Source: Heptranchias perlo (Eukaryota). Taken from it: a stretch of 64,000 bases of DNA. The position numbers and the translations under genes were made by a program. Under the pieces are notes generated by a model. That model ran no database searches. It was not told where the DNA came from and saw only the letters and a list, made by a program, of their open reading frames with translations. Within the stretch, counting starts at the first letter, position 1. The number at the start of each line of letters is the position of its first letter. This document shows positions 50,929-61,524 of the stretch, in pieces. The stretch is from contig NC_090340.1 in the NCBI RefSeq assembly GCF_035084215.1, forward strand, positions 5,456,001 to 5,520,000, given 5' to 3'.

Positions 50929-53900
50929 GTAGATTTTTATTTTTATTCTAATATATTAATCGTTGCTGAGCAAGACACCACACTTGAAATTGATCTAATA
51001 GTTGACGTGCAGTCGGATATTGCTTTTTGCTGGTTTAATTTGATTTAATTTTTTGAAGTCATGTGTCTCTTGCCGCATGTAAAATCTAGATGAGAACGCT
51101 AATGTTATTTATGGTAATTGAATGGGGAAACACATTTTGGATCTGGAGAATAATTATGATAGTTAGTTAATTCCTAATGTACCCATGGACTGGATGCGCG
51201 ATAATATTTTGGTGGTGCATATCATCTTTCGCATATATTAATTACTTAATCAGTGTGTCTCCTTTTTTGATAGTTGCTGTGGACACTTCGGGCAAGGTAA
51301 CTCCGGGTATTGTACAAAAGAAGGCGCTCAGAGGTACAAACCTTATGTTGCAATGCCCTTTCCCTTTCGACCTCGATCATTCAAACGTAAATGTTTACTG
51401 GTTTAGAAAGGATAGCGAAACCCTCCTGCAAGATGATAGCAGAAAACAGTTTCACATAAAGAAAGGCGGCGCCTACCTTCACCTCCTGAATGTGACCGTC
51501 CTGGACTCCGGAATTTATCAGTGTGTAGCCAAAGATAAGGATCGAACGGTTGGAAAAGGAACTTTTGTACAAGTTGTTGTATATGGTAAGTGTCGGTGGA
51601 ACTGGAATCGGGAAGAGTTTATTTGGTGTCGATATTCATACTACGTTTAACAAGGAATTTCAATAAGAAAATGCCTTGTCTATAAAACAGTACAGCTTTC
51701 ATAATTGTTTATAACGACACGTGTTCAAAAATAAAGAAACTTTCCCAGTTCCAGAGTCTCTGAAAAAATGTGAAAAATGACCGAAATCTCCAATTGTGAT
51801 TAAATGTTATGTTTATCAAGGAAAGTAAATTCAAGGCTGGGAACCAAAACGCTTCTTTTCAATTTTAGCACTAAGGCCCAGTGTCTTATTTGGACATTTA
51901 TACGGTGCGCTTCCAGTTTCTGCGATCCAGATACAATTCCTGGATCGCTGTTCGGTGGAACTGGCAAGACGCATACCATAAAGCTGGTCCCGTAGTCCAG
52001 ATGGAGGGTCCGAAATCGCTCCTTTCATGTCCAGATGGAGAAAAAGTTGTCCATGTAACCACAGAACGCGACCTGTACTGTTGCAGCAGTTTAATAACAG
52101 AATGCCGATTCGAACACATTGATACGAATAAAAAGAGACCTAATATTCGAAATAAATGCTGTTAAATATAACAATGATACGCCAGTACCGTAGAAGAGAA
52201 AGTTCGGGAAATAACGTCTCTAGATGGATTTAAGAATATTACAGAGAGTTACGTAGAATGTACAGCACAGAAACAGACCATTCGGCCGAACAGCTCCATG
52301 CCGGTGTTTATGCTGCACATGAGCCTCCTCCCTCCCTACTTTATCTACTCCTATCAGCATATTATTTTAATCTGTTCTCCCTTGTGTGTTTATCTAGCTT
52401 CCCCTTAAATGCATCTACGTTCGTAACCTTACCTATTCCTTTTAGTGGTGATGTCCACATTGTAACCACTCTCTGGATAAACATGTTTCTCCTGAATTGC
52501 CATTTGGATTTATTAATGACTATATGATATTTATGGCACCTAGTTCTGGTCTCAACCTTAAAGACCTCTATCGAATCACTCCTTAATCTTCTATTTTCAG
52601 AAGAAAAGAGCGCCAGCTTGCTCAATCTATCCCGATAGGTATAACCTCTCAGTTCTGTTATAGTCCTAGTAAATATTTTTAAACGTTCTCTAGTGCCTCT
52701 ATATACTTTTTATAATATGGAGACCAGAACTGTTCACAGTACTCCAAGTGCGGCGTAAACAAAGTTCTATACAAGTTTAACATAACTTCTCTGTTTTTCA
52801 ATTCTATCTCTCGAGAAATGAACCCCTGAGCTTGGGTTGCTATTGCTATGGCCTTATTAACCTGAATCGCTACTTTTTATTGATTTGTGTATCTGTACCC
52901 CCAGGTCCCTCAGCTCCTCAACCCCATTTAGATTCTTGCTGTTCAAGCAGTATGTGCCCCCTTATTCTTCCTACCCAAATATAATACTTCACACTTATCT
53001 ATATTTATATTCATTCCCCCAATTACACACTTATTCTGCCAGTTTATTAATGTTCTCCTGCATTTTGACGCAGTTCTCCTCTGTATTGACCATACCTCCC
53101 AATTTGGTGTCATCCGCAAATTTTAAAATTGTACCCGTGACACGTTCCCTGGATTTGTTCTATCTGCCTTTTTTAAAGATAGGAATCACATTAACTGTCC
53201 ACCAGTCCTCTTGAACAAATCACTTTTCTATTGAATTTTTAAACATATGTAATAGTGCCTCTGCTATCTGTTCCCTAACTTATTTTAATATGCGTGGATG
53301 CAATCCATCCAGACCAGGGGATTTACCCTTTGTAGGTTTGATTAGTTTATCAATTATCTCCCCCCATTCTATCTTAAATGTCTTCATATCCTTTTTGGTC
53401 TCTTGTTCTAATGCCATGCCCGCCACATTAGTCTCCCCGGTAAACACCGAGGCAACATAATTATTTAATATTTGTGGCACTTCACTTTCATTACCTGTGA
53501 GGTTTTCGTTTGTATCCCTTAGTGGCCTTATCCCTATCATGGTTTTTCTTTTGTTATTTACGTATGTGTAGAATACTTTACAATTTCTTTTTATATTCTT
53601 TGATAATTTAATTTCATAGTTTATCTTTGCCTTCCTAATTGTTTTCCTTAAACTCTTTCCTACCCTTTTTGTATACCCCTTTGTCATCCTCTCCTTTGTT
53701 GTTGGTGTGCTTAGTGTATGCCGTTTTCTTAGTTTCAACGTTGCCCTTATTTATTTATTCATCCATGGTGTATCAATACTTGTAAGTTTGAGCTTGCTTT
53801 TTCGTGGGATATATTTCTCTTGGACGCTTTTGGTCACCGTTAGAAATGTTTCCCACTGCTGTTCTAGTTATTTGTTTATTAGTAAGCTTTTCCAATTTAT

Positions 53901-55691
53901 TTTTCCTAGTGTCATTCTCATCCCTTGAAAATCAGCACTTTTTCCAATTTATTCCTTTGTTTTTTCTCTTACTTTTATCGTTCTCAATCTTTACCTTAAA
54001 TCTTATTATGTTGTGATTGATATTGCCTAGATATTGCCCGATGCTTACGTTTCCTATCTGTTCTGTTTCATTTCCCATTACGAGATCCAGCAGTGCTTCC
54101 TCCTTTGTTAGGCTTTTTACCTAGTGGATAAGAAAGGAGTCCTACAAATATTGTAAAAACTCAATTCCCTCTACACTTTTACCTACCTCATGGCAGATTA
54201 TTAGGGGATAGTTGAAATCTCCCATGATTATTATTCTACATAAATATAAGATAATAATTAAGAAATCCAATAGGGAATTCCAGGGAAACTCCTTTACTCA
54301 TTTTACATCTTTCCTTACACATTTCGTCCTCCAACTCCTTTCCACTATTAGGTGGTTTGTAGTATATGCCTGTTAGAGTGATCGATTCCTTCTTATCTTT
54401 CATTTCAATCCTTATGGATTCTGCTTCTATCCTTGCATATAACAGTAATATGCCAATAGTGTAGAAGACGAAGTTCGGGAAATGATTTCTGTAGATACAG
54501 TGAATAAAATTTAGTTTAGGCTACATTCAAGATAAATAATGATTGTCCGTACAACTACAATGCCCGGACGCAGGCACCGGTTAATTTTTGAGAAAAAAAT
54601 AGCAGACCATATACGGGTCAAATATTCTTCTTTATCTATTTTTGCTCGTTTCCGTTTAGCTGTCCCCGTTCCCTTGAAGATTGTCTCCACACCACCCGAA
54701 CGGACTTCATCTGCTTCTCTAAGACTCCAATGCAGAACAGCTCCTTTTTATCCGAAGGACTTTAACCTCACCTGGCATGAAAATGGTACCGAAATTGTGA
54801 CAGGAATTGAAACTGAACAACAGGCAAAGACAGAGGGACTGTTTGAAGTTATCAGCTACTTAGAAGTGACAGACCCAATCGAACGCGGCACTGTTTACAC
54901 CTGTCAAGTGTATCACGATTCAATCTCAATTCCAGCAAATGCCAACTACACCGTTGCTAACGACGGTAATATTATAGAACACGTGGTTCTTTTATCGATT
55001 TCAGAGATTCATTACCCAGTAATCGAGTTTCCATCAGAGATAATGGGTACAATCAAAAATATGTGGAAAGTGTTTACTGCAGTTGTTTGCATATCATTCT
55101 GTCACTTCCGAAGTCCAGTTTTACTTCAGCTCCCATGTGATGATTCCCATTCCGTTGGGCATTAGGATCTGATGAGGAATAAGTTGGTCGCAAGCAGTTT
55201 AGGTAATAGTGGACGCCAGTCCACATCGTAGTTTCCATAATTCACTCCATAACTAGCATAATAAGCAAGGAAAATAATGAGATAAATTAACACAGCGATA
55301 GATTGGACAGAAGAACCAAGTGATAATAAATAACATTAAATGCAAAATCCTATTCCATACTAAATCCTAGTCACACATCATCCCTGACGTCGCTGACCTA
55401 CATTGACTTCCAGTCCTCCAATGCCTCAATTTTTAAAAAATCATCTTCGTAATCAAAGCCCTGGATGGCCTCACCCCTCAATATCTCTATTTCTCTTTCC
55501 TGAAGAAACAATATCACCAGATTGATATGGTCTCAGGTTATGAGCTATGCATCATTGATTACCTTTTACCTTTTCCAGATTATCGCTCTGCCCTCCCCGT
55601 CCACCTGATTTATCGATCCACAGTGGGGGTACTGGTAATTATTCTACTAATGATGATCATCTTCAACCATGTTTCATCAGATAACATCTAA
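50874..55691 (+). CDS. Ig-superfamily receptor, copy 2 (leader-VJ-C1-TM, 261 aa), apparently intact; join(50874..50928,51274..51585,54660..54965,55579..55691)
   Basis: Exons of 55+312+306+113 nt, all joined by phase-1 GT-AG introns, in an open frame. All four canonical Ig Cys and both core Trp are present. Confidence 0.92.
51274..51585 (+). CDS. Copy 2 exon 2, VJ-type V domain
   Basis: LMLQC, VYWFRK, DSGIYQC and VGKGTFVQVVV (GxGT motif); TAG acceptor and GTAAGT donor. Confidence 0.93.
52240..54436 (-). mobile_element. CR1 LINE inserted in the V-C intron of copy 2
   Basis: GKSPGLDGLHPRILK and RRNMFIQRVVTMW motifs, with an APE GDFNYP remnant near 54210. Absent from the copy 1 intron. Confidence 0.85.
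54660..54965 (+). CDS. Copy 2 exon 3, C1-set Ig domain
   Basis: LQCRTAPFYPKDFNLTW...YTCQVYH; TTTAG acceptor and G|GTAATA donor. Confidence 0.93.
55579..55691 (+). CDS. Copy 2 exon 4: stalk, TM with Arg, short tail
   Basis: Acceptor CTTTTCCAG; DYRSALPVHLIYRSTVGVLVIILLMMIIFNHVSSDNI*; donor AG|GTAAGA 2 nt after the stop. Not in the ORF track. Confidence 0.88.
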
Positions 55692-57589
55692 AGGTAAGAA
55701 CATTTTAAAAAAATTATAATCATGAACAGCATTTTTTCAATTTATAACATGGAAGGAATATGTGACATTTTATTTCTCAATTCAAGAGATTATTACCTGA
55801 TAAACACACAATAATGAAATACGATGACAAAATCCAGGCTGTGCTATTAGGGCCGCAGTGTAATGCTGCCTTAACGGTACGTAAAATCGGCTTTTACTTT
55901 GCCCTCAGATTCATGGCCTTACCAGCATCCATTAAAGAGACAAGCTGTGCACGACTTGTTAGCAGTCGGTTCTGCGCCATTTATGCCATCCTATGTTCTC
56001 TATTAAATTATAGCCTGTATCTTATTTTTATTTTCAGTTATTCTATATCTAACCAATTCCAATGCCAGAATTAGATATCCGTTTGTGATTCACTTCAGGA
56101 TACACAATGGACCTAAAATTCCGTTGGATTACCACCAGCTTCTCGCGGGGGAACGGTGCAATTGCCATAAAAATTGCATACATTCAGAAAACGACCATTT
56201 GCACCGTTTCTGCGTGCTTCAACAGTGAACAGGTACAGGAGCAACAGTTGAACAACTACTGCGGTAGGAGCTCCTCCAAAAATGAGCACTTCGATACGTC
56301 ACTTCTGTACTTTGGCAAAAAGACAATCGTTGATGAGAAGATACAGAACCTCGACACATCATTCGACACATTACTCGTTGTGATAACAGCTCAACGCAGC
56401 ACCTGTTACCGCAACGATCGACACCATACTTCTAGACGGCTGCCTTGATGTTTAATGTAGGTTGTCTGTGCTACTTGCTTTTGCTTTACGTCTGCTTGTA
56501 GGAATCGGGTAGACAGTCCACGTATTAATTGAATTGCTTCATGCTTATGTGCACGTTTTTTTTAAATCATTAAATAATCGCTTTGATTAATGTACCTATT
56601 GTGTAAGCGTGCATTTCTTTGCGTGGGTTATTGTCCAGGTCCACGAATCTCAGGGAAAGACCCAAATTTCCCTACACAGTTCTGGTCTCCATATTATAAA
56701 AAAAAAGTGTATAGTGGCACTGGAGGAGTTTTAAAAAGATTTACTAGGATGATACAAGATATCAGTTCGCCGATTCGGGGTATCATTCCTTTTCTGTTCT
56801 TTGCCTTTAAAAAATCTGGGTAATCTATCAGTGTTACCTACCCCAATAAAATTAATGGCTGGTTTATCTATTCTAACCCTTGGCTCAACTAATTTAAATG
56901 CTCCCAAAAGGCTACCTCAAAATTCTCGGATATCTGTGCATCACGAAGTTAAGATGGAGGCCATCTCTCCGAAAAAGCTTATCCTGCCGCTGAAAAAATC
57001 CCCAGTTTTCTATAATTGTATGTTTCTCCCTTTTACAGAGATCGCCGAGCTACAGGTTGAGTCCGATGATTCAGCGGTTCCTTTCGGCAGCATTGGAAGA
57101 AAGTTAGGCGTGAAAAGATTAAAGGATGTAATGAGTATAACATTTACCATCGGCCAAAATCTGGTCACTAATCCATGAAAGGAAGTTATGCTCTTGAGCC
57201 AAAATTGTAGGGCTTCATGAAATTGAATTTGATTAGCCTTATCTCCTTGGTCACACTGCCTGTCGATGATACCGTAAGTTCCCATTCCTCTCCTTTGAGC
57301 CCAGCGAACAGTAAGCACGTTGGCGCAACAGTCAAAAATAAGGGTTAAAACATTTTGGGAGCAATATTAACTGTGGGTGATAATGTAAAACCTGAATATC
57401 ATTGAAATGAAATTGAGAAGAATTGAATAAAGAGCGCCAAAATCGAAACGGCTCGTTTTACATAATCAACCAAACTCAAAATTACTTCCGTTAATTCGGG
57501 TCTGCGCCCACATTTCGATGCGCACGGCTCCCGTTCTGTTGCTACTTGGATGATTTGGGAGAGGACAACCTGGCCATGGCGAGGCCTCA

Positions 57590-57875
57590 CGAGGATAGAT
57601 TATATAATCTTGATTTTTATTGGCCTGCGTTTCGAACGATGAGAGCTTATTGAATAGAGGTGCTTAAAATGATCAAAGGGTTCGATCGGGTAGCTATTCC
57701 CTCTGGTAGAGGAATCCAGAATAACAAGACGCAATCTCGGCCATTCAGGAGTGTAATCGGGAAGTACATTCTCACACGAATGATAGTGAAAATCAGGAAT
57801 TCTCTCCCTCGAAAGGCTTTGACCGCTGGGCCAACTTAAATTTTTAAGACTGAGATCGACAGGTTTTTATTAGTT
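57590..57875 (+). mobile_element. Old CR1 3' fragment shared with the duplicate unit (homolog at about 30905-31043)
   Basis: CTCACGAGGATAGATT...AAAATGATCAAAGGGTTCGAT...CCTCTGGT matches 30907-31038. Confidence 0.65.
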
Positions 57876-60800
57876 AAGTGTATCCAGCATGACAACAAAT
57901 TTTAAAGTTGGAGAGAGCTTTGAAAATAGGTGTAATGATCCAGTACACATTATGGATGTTGATATTATAAACTGTGCTACCTTCGTTGCTTATGATTCGA
58001 TGCCTCAAGTCCACCAGAGAAAAAACAGACCACCAAAAAGTACACTCTAAAATTAACAGAGAATCATTAGTATATTTATAACATTTCGTGTATATACCTT
58101 TCATCAGACATACCTGAAATGTCATATCATGCATTTTCCTTTTATCACTGGTTACTGGCCTGCTGTGTATTTCCAGTATTTCTTGTTTTAAGTGAGATAT
58201 GAAGCGTTTGAATTTTAATATATTTTATTGTACTCGGGGAATTCTGCTTATTTGGAGACAATATGTGTATTATGAGAGACAATGACAATTAATGTAATCA
58301 AATCTGCTTCTGGACACAGCTCCAGACGAGGAGGGTGTGATCCTTTGATCAAGAGTGCAAGATGCTCAAACAGTTACCGAAAATCTCTGATAAGTTTGTG
58401 GCCTCACAACTGTCAATGTTGCCCCAAGGGTGGAAAGATAGAAACTGCAAACATCCAACCAGTCAATCATTCACGGAGACGGCTGTTCAACGGTGAGTGA
58501 ATTACATTGCAGTGCGGCATAGCACAGAGGGGGAGGGGGCATCTAAAGAGCTGAATAATTCTTTGATTGATAGCCTGTTGTTGAGTGGTTTTGGCACGGA
58601 AAAAACTGAGTGAGATCTGGCAATGCTTTGGCAATGGTAAAGGTCTGAAATCGGCATAAAAAATTGCAGCTGAATTGTCCTTTGAAAACTATATACGCCT
58701 GGAATTTCTGCCGATGTCTTCGGTCCAAGGTCAGCAATAACACTCACGAAACGGCATAGTTCAGAACTAAAAACTAAAGCAAATAGGCTAAGGTGCACTT
58801 TAATACGAAAAATCTTCCACCTGTTTACCTACTCACTTATGATAATGCAAGAAAAGCTATTTCAAATAAATGAATGTAATAACATTTATTAAATTGGACA
58901 TTTATATTTTTGTACCTATCATTACAGTAGTATATATGTGAAATTACGCTCAGTGCAATGGGTCTGTGGAAAATAGTTGGTAACACTTCCTTTCTAGTGT
59001 GCATTTTACTTCTGCACATGTTGGAATGTTAAGTCCGCTGATGTGATTTCATTTAAGAAAATGATCGAAGTGGCTTTTGTAAAGATCAACCGTTGGGATT
59101 TAATTTGAGAAACGCAGGACTGTTCCTAAAAAATCAACATCAAGTTTTACAGTTTTAACTACGCTGACGCCTTAAAAATCCACGGCCAACCGCTTGTATC
59201 CTATGGTGATTTCACAGAACACCGATGCAAATACCTGAAGAATGGTGACAACGTTTGATAATGGCCGTTTACGCAGTTTCGCTGTAAGAGTCATACGTGA
59301 TTTCCAAGCCTGAATTTATGACCGCCCTGCGCATTTTTTTTCTTGAAGGAACGCAATCTATTCACATTTTCCTGAGGGTTCAGCAGATCTTCCGCCACAA
59401 CTTCGGTGGGTGGAGTAATTTTAATTTGGCGATAATGTAAATCGGGCGATATCGGATCGGCCGCTGATTATACACCTAGCTGGATTTTCTTTTCCATTGA
59501 AATCAAAGAAAGAAAATTCAGGAAGTGTGCAACAGGCGGCCGCTCCGATATCGCATGATTTGCACTATCCCAAAAGCTAATATTACCTCTATGATGGACA
59601 GAAAACGAGAGAACTGAGGTGGCCATTTCCGGTTGAAGAGATTTTTCCGATATCTCCCAAAAGTTAGGCCTTAAATTCTTCCGCCCTGTACATTAATAAT
59701 TAACCAATCTAAAAATATCAAATATATATTATCATAGAAATGATTCGTCGGGGTTTAGATCCAGTGAGGGAGTTCTTTTCTCCAAATAAGGGGTAAGATT
59801 CGTGCGCTATTTGCATTTAATTGGTAAGCTAGTTGAGAAACTATTCATAATAAATATTTTTAAATATTTAATTTCAACGCCCCCGCCCCCCCTCCACGAA
59901 CAATGGGGCGAATTTCCGAGGTGTTAACAGTTCCCACAATTCAACGTGTGTCATCCAGGTGATTAGGCCACTCAGGGACACAGGACCATGAATTTTGTTA
60001 AAGTGCAGTCATGTGAATTTGAACACTTGCTGCAAAAGTGAAGGTTGAAGTGCCTGTATTTGTTTTATAAATTTGCACTAAACAGGTGAACTTTTTGCTA
60101 AGGGCTAAGCTGCTGTAACGCAACCTGCGAGCTAAGTGGGAGAACATAACGCTATCATCCACAGCACTTGATTCTCTGAAGTTCATTAGGGTATAAGTTC
60201 ATGCTGGGTGGTAGTGCAAAACGGGTTGCGATTCATTCTTGCCAGTTTTACACTACCGCTGAAGACGATTTTACACCGTATATTATCGAAATAATGCTCG
60301 GACTCGCGCTAACTTTAGTCATTTACCCAAGACGATCGGGAGAAAGCCCACGAAAATTCACGTCCGTTGTCTTCTGAAAATTCAAATGACCTGTATAATG
60401 TTTTTGAAGTAGGAAAAAAAATCATAGAATAAGGGGTCACCAGCAGACAGTATCTGAGCACAGGACATTGCGAAATGTATAGTTGCACAAAAGATAAGAT
60501 TTATTTGAAGGATGTGGTAAAAGTATGTTACGGATATATTGGGCAACATCTGTAAAAAATACGTTTCGGCTTACACAGGGCTTGCAGAGATCAAATGAAT
60601 TAGTAAAAGCAATGAAAGCGATATACGGCTGCCCATGACTAATATTAAATGGACACAGGCTGATAGACAACCAATTGCGGCTTGAAAGCTTTGTCATAAA
60701 CCTGCTAAATAGTTTAGTTCAGTCTAACTTTGAGAGTGCTATTTTTGTCTGCAACTTTTTTCAGGTCTTGTCGCTAGTTTTCACAGCACTTACTTACTAT

Positions 60801-61524
60801 CGCCCATCGGAAAATAGGAATTCCTGGATGAAAAAAATAACAGGGTCCATCGAATTCTTCTTCCACCCTGGTAGTCGCATGATACCATTATAATGGAGTT
60901 GCTAACTAATCATGCCAATCAAACTCTATCAATAAGTCTATAACAGACCCAGACATGAGGCGAGAAAAACACCAGTTTTGGGAACCGTAGTTCCAAAATC
61001 ACCTCTTCCTACCAAGAATGCTACACTTAACTATCAAATTGTCTCCTCTCAAATTACTCATGTCGTATATTTCTAAAGTTTATTTTCTCAAAGAAATGGA
61101 TCAAACTTGCATTTGCATGAAGCAACTCTTTCTGCTTAGATCGAGTCCCTGGAAGCCGGTTTCATAGATTTCGCCCACTCAAATAATATTTCCACGGTAT
61201 AGTTTTGTATTTACCCCCTCTCAGGGCAAAGAGAGTGAAGAGTGACAGGCTAGAGCAAGAACACCAAGATCAACTTACACACACCAACAAGTTTGAAGCA
61301 CTGGCCCCCTGTGGAAAGGATGCTGACTCATACCAAGACCATCAAATCGACTACAACGGCACTAATAACCTGAAGTGGGTGAAGGGGAATTTTATCAATT
61401 CAGAACGGTTGTAGCAGAGTCAGAGAGGTTAGGTGTTCTTATTTATAATTTACTCATCAAATTAATGGGGTTGGTAAATATTGACTATCAAGCGTCACGT
61501 ATTTATGAAGTATACAGTACATTT

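Noticed and set aside
55619-55625. CACAGTG RSS heptamer
   Set aside because: It lies inside the TM exon, has no nonamer at 12 or 23 bp, and is absent in copy 1. No RSS flanks either V exon, so there is no evidence of V(D)J rearrangement.
21236-55691. Calling the genes TCR, IgL, SIRP, NCR3 or B7-H6 by symbol
   Set aside because: The architecture fits none of them exactly: no RSS or stalk Cys (TCR/Ig), a single C1 with TM Arg (SIRP has V-C1-C1), an extra C1 (NCR3), and a charged TM with a short tail (B7-H6, tapasin). Phylogeny is needed.
60460-60620. Possible decayed GIY-YIG fragment (…CYGYIGQHL*KIRFGLH…)
   Set aside because: Only a short YIG-like match with stops; could be chance.
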